Positions 9,739-20,576 of a DNA stretch of 64,000 bases are shown piece by piece. Position 1 is the stretch's first letter. The number at the start of each line of letters is the position of its first letter. The position numbers were made by a program, and so were the translations under genes. This DNA comes from Candidatus Saccharimonadales bacterium (GTDB lineage Bacteria; Patescibacteriota; Saccharimonadia; Saccharimonadales; DATKHC01): NCBI GenBank assembly GCA_035510465.1, contig DATKHC010000021.1, positions 2,876 through 66,875 on the forward strand. The letters are read 5' to 3'. Below the pieces are notes generated by a model. That model made no database searches, was not told the origin of the DNA, and saw nothing but the letters and a program-made list of their open reading frames with translations.

Positions 9739-10041
9739 ATGAACTTAAGAGATCAAAAGGGTAGCAGTCTAGTTGTCATTTTACTGGCAGTACTAGTAGT
9801 AGGCTTCGTCGCAGCGGACGCTTATCTGCTCGTCAAAGGCAAGCCTAAGCCAGTTGCTTCAGCCCCTAAAACAGTTACTACCCAACCTATCAAGAGCACC
9901 ACGCAAACAGCACAAGCTGCTACCTCGGATGAGCAACTTGATAGCATCAATCAATCCCTGAACACAGAAAATTCCGATCAAACTGCAACCAATCAAGCGA
10001 TTAATGATCAACAAAATGAGATAACGGTTCCTACAAATTAA
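9739..10041 (+). CDS. Small membrane-anchored T/Q-rich protein
   Basis: 100 aa. N-terminal TM (SSLVVILLAVLVVGFVAADAYLLV) followed by a low-complexity T/Q/S tail. Confidence 0.5.
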   Translation: MNLRDQKGSSLVVILLAVLVVGFVAADAYLLVKGKPKPVASAPKTVTTQPIKSTTQTAQAATSDEQLDSINQSLNTENSDQTATNQAINDQQNEITVPTN

Positions 10042-10092
10042 TTAGGCCATAATCTTAAGGAAATATAAAGGAAAAGATATTAAGATTTCTCT

Positions 10093-10893
10093 ATGATAAA
10101 AAATTATCTACGAAGAATAAATCGACGTTACCAATTGGCTCCAGCCGCAATCATCATTACGGTTGCAAGCCTACTAACTCTAGGTTTAGATTTGGGGATT
10201 AGTAGTGCCCTAACAAGCACCACGACAAACAGCACCAGCACATCCGGCAGTACTACCACCACTACCCTAACTGCCACTCAGCAGGCCCAACACCTTACAA
10301 ATATCATAAGCAAAGGTAATCAAGAGATTACACGCCGACTTACGACACTAGGTACTTTGAGTAGAAAAATTAGCTCATCAACCAAAATATCAGCAACCGA
10401 TAAAACAACTTTGTCAGCAGAAGTTAATACTGAAATTACAGGTTTAACCAGCTTAAAGACTCAGTTAGATGCCGATACAACTCTAACTGCTGCTGGAACC
10501 GATGCTACAAGTATTTTTACGGAATACCGAGTTTACGCACTGGTTGTGCCTAAAGTTGAACTGACCAAAACAGCTGACGACCAACAGATAACTGAGGCAA
10601 AATTATCGAGTCTTGCTCAATCGTTAACAATTGAGATAAATACCGAGAAAACTAACGGTAAGGATACTACTAGTGTCACAGCAACCTTGACTGACATGAC
10701 AACCCAGATAGCAAATGCTCAAGCCATTTCGAGTGCTATGGAAACAAAAGTACTACCACTGCAACCCTCTGATTACGATACTGATCAAACTATTCTATCC
10801 GGTGACGCGGCTCAACTAAAGATGGCTCACTCAGAGAACGAAGCAGCCTACGCAGACGCAAAAAGCATCGTGGCAACCTTGAAAACCCTGTAG
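10093..10893 (+). CDS. Membrane-anchored T/S-rich helical surface protein
   Basis: 266 aa. N-terminal TM, a poly-T/S linker, then heptad-like helical repeats. Confidence 0.55.
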   Translation: MIKNYLRRINRRYQLAPAAIIITVASLLTLGLDLGISSALTSTTTNSTSTSGSTTTTTLTATQQAQHLTNIISKGNQEITRRLTTLGTLSRKISSSTKISATDKTTLSAEVNTEITGLTSLKTQLDADTTLTAAGTDATSIFTEYRVYALVVPKVELTKTADDQQITEAKLSSLAQSLTIEINTEKTNGKDTTSVTATLTDMTTQIANAQAISSAMETKVLPLQPSDYDTDQTILSGDAAQLKMAHSENEAAYADAKSIVATLKTL

Positions 10894-10914
10894 GAAGACT
10901 CTTCTTAAGACTTT

Positions 10915-11940
10915 TTATACCGGAAACTCATCTACTAAATATCTGTATTTCTTGTCAGTCAACTTGGAAGTAGACCAATTCATATAAAATCTTGGTAAGT
11001 TTGCTAGTGCATCAACCGAAGCAGATTTTTTTAATTTTTTAAGTCTCCCCTCAGCCGACACGCAATACTGCTTGATAAGCGCAATCGTCGAGCCAAAACC
11101 ACCCAGTTTTATAATTTGATTAACCACTTCGCCTGCATCAACTTCGCGCTTCTTGCTAAGAAGCGACCTCAGCAAATCACTTTCGGCGTTAGCTAAGCTA
11201 GCAATTACGGGATGATTATAGTTACCTTCAACCACATCTCTCATGACAGGTTTGCCAAGTAATTCCTGATTGGATATAAAGTCCTGTAAATCGTCTATTA
11301 ACTGGAACATTATTCCAAAGTCACGCCCGAACTCATTAAGTGCATCTACGACGTTTTCGTCTTTTTTTGAGCTAATTGCACCAATACTAACCGAGGCGCT
11401 AATTAAAGAAGCCGTTTTGCCGGTTATAGCCTTAAACAAAGAGGCCGTAGAACGACTCGTATTGTAAAGGTCTTTAAGTTCCCGGCTTTGGCCATCACAT
11501 AGCTCAATTATTGTTTTTGAAATCAACTCAACGGATTCAGGGTTAATCCCATTGGCTGCTCTGTATGCACAAGCCAGCAAAAAATCGCCAAATAATATTG
11601 CTTGGCTGTCTCCCTCTAGGGCATTGGCAGTGGGAATGCCTCGCCGAACCGATGAGCCGTCCATTATGTCGTCATGGACTAAACTACTTAAATGAACTAA
11701 CTCGATGGACGTGCCAGCTGCGATCACTTTATCATCAATATCCGCTCCCGTAACCCCAGCTGAAACCATAACAAGAGCAGATCTTAGTCGCTTGGACTTG
11801 GCCTTTGTATAATGGGTCCCTAGTTTTTTGAAAGTTGGGTTAGAGGTATCAAGCACTTGCAGAAACGCTGTCTCAACTTTTTTCTCGTCTTCAACCAAAT
11901 TAGGTAAATTTAGAACCGATGATAGGTCTAGTGTGTTCAC
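10915..11940 (-). CDS. Polyprenyl diphosphate synthase (trans-isoprenyl, IspB/GGPPS-like)
   Basis: Both Asp-rich motifs are present: LVHDDIMD...RRG and FQLIDDLQD. It is the last gene of the cyo cluster. Confidence 0.85.
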   Translation of the reverse strand: MNTLDLSSVLNLPNLVEDEKKVETAFLQVLDTSNPTFKKLGTHYTKAKSKRLRSALVMVSAGVTGADIDDKVIAAGTSIELVHLSSLVHDDIMDGSSVRRGIPTANALEGDSQAILFGDFLLACAYRAANGINPESVELISKTIIELCDGQSRELKDLYNTSRSTASLFKAITGKTASLISASVSIGAISSKKDENVVDALNEFGRDFGIMFQLIDDLQDFISNQELLGKPVMRDVVEGNYNHPVIASLANAESDLLRSLLSKKREVDAGEVVNQIIKLGGFGSTIALIKQYCVSAEGRLKKLKKSASVDALANLPRFYMNWSTSKLTDKKYRYLVDEFPV

Positions 11941-11999
11941 AATCCTACATACTATAGCTGATCATTGGACTAAAAGCATGCTCAGCAGACCCTAGTCAG

Positions 12000-12875
12000 T
12001 TACGATAGGTAGGCATTTAGAGACAGCATTACGGGCAGAGCTATGATCACTATGAGTGAGAAGAAGAACATTCTTCGTGCCCAGAGCTTATCGTTGCTAG
12101 TCCTAAAGCCCTTTAAGCCCAGCCAGAGCCAAACAAGAGCGAAAGCTAGAGTTACTACCAGGTAACTATATCCAGCATAGCCAAAGATGCTCAGGAGGCT
12201 GACCGCAACCGCGTAGGCAATAATATAGATGATAATTCGTAACTTAGTTGCGTACATGCCTTTCTTTACAGGCAGCACAGGAAGCCCAGCATTTTTGTAA
12301 TCATCGAAGCGGTACATAGCGATTGAGTAGAAATGAGGCATCTGCCATAAGACTAGAATCAGGAATAGTATGACAGCCGCGCCGTTGAACTGACCCGTCA
12401 CCGCACAGTAACCGGCAGTTATAGGCGCCGCTCCGGCAATACTACCAACAACCGTTCCGTGCACTGATCGTCTCTTGGAAATGCCATAAAAAACTACGTA
12501 CACCAAAAAGGCAATCAGACCGATACAAACGGTTAACCAGTTTGTGTAGACAGATAATATCAGTGTTCCTAGTATGCCAAGTACAGTCCCGTAAATTATG
12601 GCAGCCCGTGAACTTAAATCACCTATTACTAAAGCCCGCTTGCTTGTTCTGGACATCTTTTTATCAATACCTCGGTCAATATAATTATTAAAAACGCAGC
12701 CTGATCCAATAACTAAGCTGATACCAATTAAGGTTTCAAGCAGGAGCAGGAAATGTATATGACCTTTGGAAGCGAGCAAAAAACCGCCCGTTGCTGTGAT
12801 TAAATTGCCATATATAATACCCGGCTTAGTCAGTCGGTAATAGGTTTTTAAGGTACCAGTGTTAAAAGCCGCCAC
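12000..12875 (-). CDS. cyoE: Protoheme IX farnesyltransferase (heme O synthase)
   Basis: 291 aa, polytopic UbiA-family pattern (YYRLTKPGIIYGNL...NNYIDRGIDKKMSRT). Overlaps the cyoD end. Confidence 0.9.
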   Translation of the reverse strand: MAAFNTGTLKTYYRLTKPGIIYGNLITATGGFLLASKGHIHFLLLLETLIGISLVIGSGCVFNNYIDRGIDKKMSRTSKRALVIGDLSSRAAIIYGTVLGILGTLILSVYTNWLTVCIGLIAFLVYVVFYGISKRRSVHGTVVGSIAGAAPITAGYCAVTGQFNGAAVILFLILVLWQMPHFYSIAMYRFDDYKNAGLPVLPVKKGMYATKLRIIIYIIAYAVAVSLLSIFGYAGYSYLVVTLAFALVWLWLGLKGFRTSNDKLWARRMFFFSLIVIIALPVMLSLNAYLS

Positions 12876-13248
12876 CTTGATTGTTCAAATAAGTATTAAC
12901 CTGCTCTGGCGTATATTGCTGTCGATAATTAAGGTTATTCATTATCCAAAGTGAGCCGAAAACTAAAATTGAAATAACTCCTATCATAAAAATTAGCACA
13001 AACAACTTCCAGCGAGGTTTTGATTCTTTACCTAAATGTAAGAAAAATATTAACTGAACGATGAACTGGATCATGGCGAGCCCAACTATTAAAATTACTA
13101 TGTTCCTGGGCGACAGAGCATGATGAACTACGAGCAAATAGGCGGTGACAGTAAATACAACCGAGAGGATATACCCCGTGAAATATGATCTAAACGACCC
13201 GTGCTCTGCGTTGTGGTGAGATACGACCGATGACGTTTTAGCGCTCAT
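12862..13248 (-). CDS. cyoD: Cytochrome o quinol oxidase subunit IV
   Basis: Three TM helices, GSFRSYFTGYILS motif and operon position. The ATG at 13248 gives an ATGA overlap with the cyoC stop. The track start at 13296 is probably too long. Confidence 0.75.
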   Translation of the reverse strand: MSAKTSSVVSHHNAEHGSFRSYFTGYILSVVFTVTAYLLVVHHALSPRNIVILIVGLAMIQFIVQLIFFLHLGKESKPRWKLFVLIFMIGVISILVFGSLWIMNNLNYRQQYTPEQVNTYLNNQGGGF

Positions 13249-13859
13249 CCCTGCACCGCTCCTCTCAGATAAACAATTGTGAATATGAATATCCAAATGA
13301 TATCCAGAAAATGCCAGAACAGGCTAAGCATAGTTAGTCTTCTGATGGTTGACGACTTAAGACCAGATTTAGCTACCCTTACAATTAGAACAAGCATCCA
13401 AAGCAAGCCAACGCTAATGTGAAGTCCATGTGTCCCAACTAGAGCAAAGTATGAAGACAAGAAACCACTCCGTGTCCAACTATTACCAGTGTGGGCAAGG
13501 TGCGTAAATTCTACAAGTTCCATAATCAAAAATGCCAGCCCTAGCAAAAATGTAATCGTAAACCAACCAACCACTTTGGTTTTATGGTTGTGTCGCGCCG
13601 CCAGAATTGCTAGCCCGCACGTAAAGCTACTGGTAAGTAGGATAATCGTTTCGGTCAGTATGTAGGGAAGACTAAATAGCTGCCTGCCATCTGGGCCGCC
13701 ATTAGTATTGTTATTCAAAACTGCGTAGGTAGCAAAAAGACTTGCAAACAAGACACAGTCCGTCATTATGTATACCCAAAAACCAAAAAGGTTTTTATCG
13801 AATTTTTTTTGCACAAATGTACTATTTGTAACCGGGTGGGTTGACGCAACTTCACTCAT
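13245..13859 (-). CDS. cyoC: Cytochrome o quinol oxidase subunit III
   Basis: 204 aa, 5 TM, C-terminal WHFLDIIWIFIFTIVY motif of the subunit III family. Confidence 0.85.
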   Translation of the reverse strand: MSEVASTHPVTNSTFVQKKFDKNLFGFWVYIMTDCVLFASLFATYAVLNNNTNGGPDGRQLFSLPYILTETIILLTSSFTCGLAILAARHNHKTKVVGWFTITFLLGLAFLIMELVEFTHLAHTGNSWTRSGFLSSYFALVGTHGLHISVGLLWMLVLIVRVAKSGLKSSTIRRLTMLSLFWHFLDIIWIFIFTIVYLRGAVQG

Positions 13860-15856
13860 GCGTAGCCCCTCCCCGGGGATAATTCAACCTCGATCTTCTC
13901 GACTTCATCCGCTGTTATTACTTGTTCGGTATTATCACTAGTTGTGTAAATAATTATGGTTAAGATCACGCCCAGAAGTCCAACTATTGCCAGCCACCAA
14001 ATATGCCAGACTGCACTAAACCCAAGTATCAAACTGAAGCCAGCGATAATTATGCTAGCGCCCGTGTGTTTTGGCATAATTATATCTTCGTATTCTGATT
14101 TCTTCTGCTTAACTCCCTTGGCTCGGGCTTGTTTCATTTCCCAGAACGGATCTCGGCTATTTACCTCGGGCTCAATCGCAAAATTGTAGAATGGAGCCGG
14201 GGAACTAGTTGACCACTCAAGCGTCCTGCCATTCCACGGGTCTCCGGTTGTATCCAGGTTTTGTTTTCTTTGAAAAATACTGACGACGATCTGCAAGAAA
14301 AGCATTGCTGCTCCCAGCGCAATGATGCTTGCGCCAATCCCGGCTACTATAAACAGCGGGTGCCATCCCGTGGCAACGCTATAGTGATCGATTCGTCTAG
14401 TAGCTCCCATCAAACCTAGTATGTACAGCGGCACAAAGGCAAGCAGGAACCCAATGAACCAAAGCCAAAAAGAGTATCTTCCAAGTTTTTCGTTTAACTT
14501 AAACCCAAAGATCTTTGGAAACCAGTAATTTAGACCTGCAAAATACCCGAACAAGGCTCCCCCGACTATCATGGTATGAAAATGGGCTACAAGAAATAGA
14601 CTATTATGAAGCTGAAAGTCAGCCGGCGGCACAGCCATAACTACACCAGCTACTCCGCCCACCGTAAACAACCCGACAAACCCAAGAAACCAATACATTG
14701 GTGTTTTAAAGCTAATCTTTCCTCTAAACATGGTCGCAATCCAATTGAATATTTTTACGCCTGTAGGAATCGCGATAATCATAGTCATAATACCGAAGAA
14801 GCCATTGACGTCAGCACCCGCGCCCATCGTAAAGAAGTGGTGTAACCAAACGCTGAAAGACAAGACTACGATAGCTCCAATTGCCCAGACCATGGTTGTA
14901 TAACCAAATAGTCTCTTTCTTGAAAAAGTTGCCACGACTTCAGAATAGATACCGAACGCAGGCAAGATCAAAATATATACTTCGGGATGACCCCAGGCCC
15001 AAATCAAATTAACGTACATCATTAAATTACCCCCTCCAGCCGCCGTGAAGAAGTGCGTTCCAATCGTTCGATCCATATATAGCAGCGTCAGGGTTACTGT
15101 TAGGATTGGGAAAGCAAATATAACTAGAAACATGGTCCCTAAAACGCTCCAACTAAACATAGGCATTTTCATCATTGTCATGCCTTTGCAGCGCATCTTA
15201 ATAATTGTTACGAAGAAATTAACTCCCGATAGCAAGCTTCCAATCCCCGCTATCTGTAGGCTCCATATCCAATAGTCAACACCAACGCTGGGACTATACT
15301 GAAGTTCAGAAAGTGGTGGATAAGCTAACCAACCAGCTGCCGAAAAATCGCCGATAATTAGCGATAGATTGACAAGTATCATGCCAGAAGCAAACAACCA
15401 AAAACTGGTGAGGTTTAGAAACGGAAAGGCGACATCACGTGAACCAAGTTGTATCGGAAGAATCAGATTTATTAGCCCAAACATTAAACCCATGGCAACA
15501 AAAAAGATCATTATTGTGCCATGAGAGGAAAATATTTGTTGGAAAGTATTGGCTGATACTATTCCGTGAGATGCCCCAACAGAAGTAGCTTGTTGAGCCC
15601 GCAGTAGTAGCGCATCAGATCCTCCGCGAACCAGCATGATGAGCGCGACAACGATGTACATAACACCAATTTTTTTAGGATCCGGATTTGTTAACCACTC
15701 CCGCCAAAGCCAACGCCACCTTTTTTTGTAGGTTAGAAAGGCAGCTAGGCCCACTACTAGTAATACCATTGAGACTGCCGCCCCTGCAGTTATTGGGGCG
15801 GTCGGGAACTGATTGAAGGACAATTTGCCGAGTAAATTAGCGAACAGATTCATCAT
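13856..15856 (-). CDS. cyoB: Cytochrome o quinol oxidase subunit I (heme-copper oxidase)
   Basis: 666 aa with classical heme-copper motifs (WAWGHPEVYILILPAFG, HHFFTMG, VAHFH). Confidence 0.95.
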   Translation of the reverse strand: MMNLFANLLGKLSFNQFPTAPITAGAAVSMVLLVVGLAAFLTYKKRWRWLWREWLTNPDPKKIGVMYIVVALIMLVRGGSDALLLRAQQATSVGASHGIVSANTFQQIFSSHGTIMIFFVAMGLMFGLINLILPIQLGSRDVAFPFLNLTSFWLFASGMILVNLSLIIGDFSAAGWLAYPPLSELQYSPSVGVDYWIWSLQIAGIGSLLSGVNFFVTIIKMRCKGMTMMKMPMFSWSVLGTMFLVIFAFPILTVTLTLLYMDRTIGTHFFTAAGGGNLMMYVNLIWAWGHPEVYILILPAFGIYSEVVATFSRKRLFGYTTMVWAIGAIVVLSFSVWLHHFFTMGAGADVNGFFGIMTMIIAIPTGVKIFNWIATMFRGKISFKTPMYWFLGFVGLFTVGGVAGVVMAVPPADFQLHNSLFLVAHFHTMIVGGALFGYFAGLNYWFPKIFGFKLNEKLGRYSFWLWFIGFLLAFVPLYILGLMGATRRIDHYSVATGWHPLFIVAGIGASIIALGAAMLFLQIVVSIFQRKQNLDTTGDPWNGRTLEWSTSSPAPFYNFAIEPEVNSRDPFWEMKQARAKGVKQKKSEYEDIIMPKHTGASIIIAGFSLILGFSAVWHIWWLAIVGLLGVILTIIIYTTSDNTEQVITADEVEKIEVELSPGRGYA

Positions 15857-16746
15857 TCGCTCATCCCCGCCATACCCATCATTTGCCCTCCAGGAGCCAA
15901 ATACTTATCGATTATCGTATTATACAGACCTGTTTGAGCTGATGCGTAATACGAAGGTGGGTTGTACTCACTTGGCTGGAGCAATTTATTGTACTGCGCC
16001 ATGCTAAGTTTGCTAGAAGAATCCTTAATATTTTTTACCCAGGAGTTGAAAGCAGCATTTGAGCTAGACTTGGCAGTAAAGGTCATCCCAGCAAAGCCTT
16101 GGCCACTTATATTAGCGGATGAGCCACTAAAGCTGCCGTACTGACTTGCCATCAAATGTAACTGAGTCGACATACCCGGCATGACATACATTTGACCACC
16201 AAGCTGGGGAATCCAGAATGAATTCATAACAGAGTCTGAGGTTAGCTCAAAACTCAGTGGTGTATTTTTCGGGAACTGGAAAAGGTTGACTGAGGCAATG
16301 TTCTGCTGAGGATAGATAAATAACCATTTCCAATCAAGCGACACTACCTGAATTGTAAGTGGGGGAGTTGTTGAACTGAGCGGTTTATACGGATCGAGTT
16401 GATGCGAAGAATCCCACGCAATCACAGCAAGAACAGTAATAATAATCGACGGTATCAACCACCAGATAGTTTCTGCGATTTTGTTACCATCAAGCTCAGG
16501 GCTATATTTTGCCTTCGTATTCGTTTCCCTATATCTCCATGCGAAAAGAATCGTAAGTGTGTAGACAGGGATAACAACTATCAGCGCTAGAGCCAGAGCA
16601 ATAAAAATGAGCTTTCGCTCTTTGTAGGCGACTGGACCTTTCGGATTTAAGACAGCTATACTGGAGTGATGCAGATAATTAGCCGCAACTGCCAAGAAGC
16701 CTAATACTATAACTGCGATTAGGATTTTTTTGTATGTCTTTCTCAT
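15853..16746 (-). CDS. cyoA: Cytochrome o quinol oxidase subunit II
   Basis: 297 aa, two N-terminal TM plus a cupredoxin domain. DSVMNSFWIPQLGGQMYVMPGMSTQLHL resembles CyoA. The CuA ligands (CxExC) are absent, so this is a quinol oxidase, not a cytochrome c oxidase. Confidence 0.9.
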   Translation of the reverse strand: MRKTYKKILIAVIVLGFLAVAANYLHHSSIAVLNPKGPVAYKERKLIFIALALALIVVIPVYTLTILFAWRYRETNTKAKYSPELDGNKIAETIWWLIPSIIITVLAVIAWDSSHQLDPYKPLSSTTPPLTIQVVSLDWKWLFIYPQQNIASVNLFQFPKNTPLSFELTSDSVMNSFWIPQLGGQMYVMPGMSTQLHLMASQYGSFSGSSANISGQGFAGMTFTAKSSSNAAFNSWVKNIKDSSSKLSMAQYNKLLQPSEYNPPSYYASAQTGLYNTIIDKYLAPGGQMMGMAGMSE

Positions 16747-16915
16747 TTAGTCATCGTTTAGAACTAAGCAATTTTTTTGGTATTAGCTCTTTATACATTC
16801 CAAAAAGGAACTATGTGTTTTTCCCTCCGGACATAAGCACAACCACTGCCTCTACTATAGCTCTAATGTGAACTTCTTAGAAGTCTAAATTTTTCTGGAG
16901 TTTGGTATACAGCTA

Positions 16916-17938
16916 TCAAGTTAAGAAACTCTCAATGCTTTGCATACCCTTTGAGTATATTTTTTCAAATTTAAATTCTAAACTACCGAGGATAGCTACC
17001 CCCAGAAGTATAAAAAGCGGTCCGGTGCTTGGGTCTGTAGCTAATCCAGTGAAAATCCCACCCAAACTTTGTCCAATAAACCAGAAGATAAGCGCAAGAA
17101 ACATTCCAGCGGCGACAGCGAGCTTGCGAGCTAAACCCGGTATAAATACCGCAAGACCTATGCAAATCTGGATTATTGCCATCAGGAGTATGAACCAATA
17201 ACCTGAGCCAGGTTGAGTTTGCATTTGAGCCATCTGTGCCATACTCATATGAATTCCTGTCATCGAAGCTGTTGGCGTGCCGAGCCCGTTAACCCAACTG
17301 GCGACATGTATATCTAGTGATCCCAACCAACCGAGAACGCTACTGGCGTTAGCTGAAATCATCGAGCTGATATCTGATACAGAATTTTGGCCACGCAGCA
17401 GTATATATACTGCTCCCATTATCCATAAGAAAGCCCAGACAGCAGCTAACCAGTAAGCGGGACGTTTAGCGTCATCGCCGTTTGCCTGCTTTGTCTTAGA
17501 CGGCATAACTCCCAGCGCTAATATGGCATATATAAGAGCAGCCCCCGGAGCTCCCATCAGTAGTAATGTATGTCCGCTCGCAAGTCCCCCTAAACCCTCA
17601 CCCACGTACCAAACAAACAGTCCCCAGCCAATAGATAAAATAAGCCCAAGTTTCACGGACCGCTTCCATAAGATCAATACCCCTAGTCCAAGTTGCGTTA
17701 TGGCAATAAACGAATTAAATATCGCTGGGTGTAGTAGGAAAACACGTATGGCGAAGTGCATAACTCCGCTTACCAGACGCGGCTGACCCTGAGCAGCTGG
17801 AGCAATAACTTGAGTTGCAAAGTTACTTGTAAACATTTGGGGTTGCAGCTGAAGAGCGCCGTCCAATAGCCATAACACGCCTAAAGCTATCTGTATAGTT
17901 CTCTTGGTGATTCTGACCTTCCCTCTGCCAAGTACCAT
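16916..17938 (-). CDS. Polytopic membrane protein upstream of and co-oriented with the cyo operon
   Basis: 340 aa with about 9 TM helices. No motif assigned. Overlapping track ORFs 16902..17201 and 16983..17198 are treated as spurious. Confidence 0.55.
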   Translation of the reverse strand: MVLGRGKVRITKRTIQIALGVLWLLDGALQLQPQMFTSNFATQVIAPAAQGQPRLVSGVMHFAIRVFLLHPAIFNSFIAITQLGLGVLILWKRSVKLGLILSIGWGLFVWYVGEGLGGLASGHTLLLMGAPGAALIYAILALGVMPSKTKQANGDDAKRPAYWLAAVWAFLWIMGAVYILLRGQNSVSDISSMISANASSVLGWLGSLDIHVASWVNGLGTPTASMTGIHMSMAQMAQMQTQPGSGYWFILLMAIIQICIGLAVFIPGLARKLAVAAGMFLALIFWFIGQSLGGIFTGLATDPSTGPLFILLGVAILGSLEFKFEKIYSKGMQSIESFLT

Positions 17939-18047
17939 TTAAGTTTAAGTTTAGCCCAATAAACAAGTAAACCGCAAGCATTTCCAACTGAGATCAACCT
18001 GACATAAACCGGATATCATTTGATTATATTTGTATAAAAAGGCAATA

Positions 18048-18851
18048 ATGTTAACGATGACTGATTCAGTAACCAGTGTCTCGGGTAAGCTTAAGCTATC
18101 AGATGACGCCAAAATCCCCTATTTTGGTTTGGGGGTTTGGCAAATACCAATGGGTGAAGCCACGGAAAACGCAGTTACCTGGGCACTTGAGGCAGGTTAC
18201 CGTCATATCGATACAGCCACTATCTACCGCAATGAGCGGTCAGTTGGTAAAGCTATATTGAACAGCAAAATTCCTAGAGAAAAAGTCTGGATCACTACCA
18301 AACTTTGGCCTACTGGCATAGCTAACGCATCGAGGGAGCTTGATGAAAGTCTAGCTAAGTTGGGTTTGGATTACGTTGATCTTTATCTAATTCACTTCCC
18401 TATACCTGGGCTTGAAAAAAAAGTCTGGAAAATTATGGAGAAACTTCACGACAGTGGGAAATGTAAGTCGATTGGGGTTAGTAATTTTTCACCCAATCAA
18501 CTATCAAAGGTACTGCTCATAGCTAATACACTTCCAGCAGTAAACCAAATAAAATTATCTCCTTTTAACTATGACCGCGAGGTACATGACTTTCATGAAA
18601 AAGCCGGGATTGCAATTGAAGCATATAGCCCCCTAACTGTTGGTAAGATGCTCGGAGACAGTAGGTTACAGAAATTAGCTATACAGTACAAGAAAACTAG
18701 CCCACAGATATTGATCAGGTGGGCTCTCCAAAAAGGCTTTATTGTAATACCACGTTCACAAAACAGGGAACACATAATCGAGAACTCTGAAGTATTTGAT
18801 TTCAATCTGACTGATGCCCATATGAACTATTTGGACTCACTGTCTAATTAG
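18048..18851 (+). CDS. Aldo/keto reductase (2,5-diketo-D-gluconate reductase-like)
   Basis: GLGVWQ...GYRHIDTATIYRNE...TTKLW...DLYLIHFP...IGVSNF motifs. I prefer the ATG at 18048 to the TTG at 18030. Confidence 0.85.
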   Translation: MLTMTDSVTSVSGKLKLSDDAKIPYFGLGVWQIPMGEATENAVTWALEAGYRHIDTATIYRNERSVGKAILNSKIPREKVWITTKLWPTGIANASRELDESLAKLGLDYVDLYLIHFPIPGLEKKVWKIMEKLHDSGKCKSIGVSNFSPNQLSKVLLIANTLPAVNQIKLSPFNYDREVHDFHEKAGIAIEAYSPLTVGKMLGDSRLQKLAIQYKKTSPQILIRWALQKGFIVIPRSQNREHIIENSEVFDFNLTDAHMNYLDSLSN

Positions 18852-19154
18852 GTCTCTGTCCATTGTAACCAAACATACTGCCGTAACTCGCTACTTACTT
18901 TAAGCTCTGTAGTTACTGGAAAAATTAAAGAGAAAGTATGTCTAGAAGAAGTACGCCAAGAGATAAGCACTTAAAAAAGCCCGGTTTCATTTACCGCAAA
19001 CCGGCGCGCACGAACAGCTCAAGCTATTTTCTAACAAACTATTCAGGAGTCCCTGAGTTAAGACCTAAACAAAGATACATTTTCTCAAGAGCAGCCTATC
19101 AGAATATATACAAAGTACTGAGAAATTACACTTAGATATAAGTTTGAAAAATAT

Positions 19155-19592
19155 CTAAACAAACTCAGACAAGCGGTTCAGCCAGTACATTTGAGCTTGC
19201 TCGGTAAGGTCGCTAAGCACGGGTGCAGTTTCACCGGCACCGTTGATCGCTATAACCCGTACTGGCATGAGCTCTTGGTTTCGTGATATTGCTGCGCAGT
19301 TGAAGACCGTCCCAACAACCTCCATCATCCACCTATCTAAATCTCTGCTGACATCTGGGTTAAATCTGACTATTGCAAATCCACTCGGCATATCAGGGTC
19401 AACTTCTTCGTCGCCTATGAACAGGTCGAACTCATCTTGTTCGCCGTCTCTGCGGTCGCTTTGCAAACAAGCTGGAAGATGTATTTCAGTCATGTGTAAA
19501 AATTCCGCAGCACCTGGACCATCAAATTGAAACCCAACTTTAACAAAAGGGACATCCACTAAACCATTTTCTGGACTTTTACCAGTATTCAT
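19155..19592 (-). CDS. Hypothetical acidic protein
   Basis: 145-aa ORF with no recognisable domain. Confidence 0.45.
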   Translation of the reverse strand: MNTGKSPENGLVDVPFVKVGFQFDGPGAAEFLHMTEIHLPACLQSDRRDGEQDEFDLFIGDEEVDPDMPSGFAIVRFNPDVSRDLDRWMMEVVGTVFNCAAISRNQELMPVRVIAINGAGETAPVLSDLTEQAQMYWLNRLSEFV

Positions 19593-19652
19593 GTCCTTAT
19601 TATATTACACAATCCGGAGTGTGTCACCAGATAATAGGAGCCAGCGAAAATA

Positions 19653-19976
19653 TTAACTGAGTTCGCCCTCACCGACTAGGTGATTAAAAATTGTAACTCC
19701 CATCAAGGATGCATGAGCGTCAATACATGTTCCGACATCAGGAGGGATCTCATCAATACTCATCAATTCTGGTACAGCAGAGACTTCAGAGGCTAAATTG
19801 TCAGCTTCTATTTCATGAACTTGGTTTGGATCTACTTGGGCAAACATATGTACTCCTCTGATTAGCACTTTCACGATCGAGTCAGTTCTTGAAGGTTCAC
19901 GAGGGCAATAAGGGCTACTTCGGTCCGCACACCCGGTAAAGCAGTAAACAAATTTCATTTCTGTACCACGAGCCAT
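19653..19976 (-). CDS. Hypothetical protein
   Basis: 107-aa ORF with no recognisable domain. Confidence 0.4.
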   Translation of the reverse strand: MARGTEMKFVYCFTGCADRSSPYCPREPSRTDSIVKVLIRGVHMFAQVDPNQVHEIEADNLASEVSAVPELMSIDEIPPDVGTCIDAHASLMGVTIFNHLVGEGELS

Positions 19977-20098
19977 AATAATGCCTTTTTTATTTTCAGC
20001 TTTATACTACACCCAATAAAACTTAGGTAAAAGAAAATTTATAGCTGAAGCGTAAGTTCAATGCTAAAATGGCAAAGATAAGTTAAATTTGGTAATTA

Positions 20099-20572
20099 AT
20101 GGAACCTCAGTCAACAAACCCCAGCTTAAATCAACCAACCGCCGGAGCATCCGGTCTACCTGATGAGCAAATAACAGTTCTCAAAAACAAGACCATCCAC
20201 GACTTTCAGGAGCTAGCAAAAACCGGAGTAAAAACACGTCGAGTTCCAAAGCCCGGTGATCCAGGCGAAAAAAGCTCGTACGATTGGTACGACAAACTGG
20301 CGACCTACGAAGGGGACAACTGGTCTATATCCTACTCGAACTTTGATTCTGGTCTTTGGGAATTACAGATGACACGGGTCACCGGATTGCCAAATGGTCA
20401 CAGTCAAACAACTTCCTTTTCTATCAACCCAGATAATTACGGCCATTTTCCAGGCTTTCAAGTCTACAAAGAGGGCATTGATCAGAGCTACCGACCAGCC
20501 AAGCTTGAAGAACTAGTCTATCTCAGTAGAGTAAGCGAAGGGATCAGAAACCAGGTTTCCTCAGTAGGGTAG
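20099..20572 (+). CDS. Hypothetical protein
   Basis: 157-aa ORF with no recognisable domain. Confidence 0.45.
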   Translation: MEPQSTNPSLNQPTAGASGLPDEQITVLKNKTIHDFQELAKTGVKTRRVPKPGDPGEKSSYDWYDKLATYEGDNWSISYSNFDSGLWELQMTRVTGLPNGHSQTTSFSINPDNYGHFPGFQVYKEGIDQSYRPAKLEELVYLSRVSEGIRNQVSSVG

Positions 20573-20576
20573 GGAT

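Noticed and set aside
15853-16746. Subunit II as a cytochrome c oxidase (CoxB) rather than a quinol oxidase.
   Set aside because: The cupredoxin domain has no Cys in the region where the CuA ligands (H...CxExC..H..M) would be. It matches the CyoA-type sequence instead, and cyoD/cyoE-type partners are present.
18938-19135. 65-aa basic ORF in the AKR-downstream intergenic region.
   Set aside because: No RBS or promoter signal and no recognisable family. The composition looks like non-coding AT-rich sequence translated.
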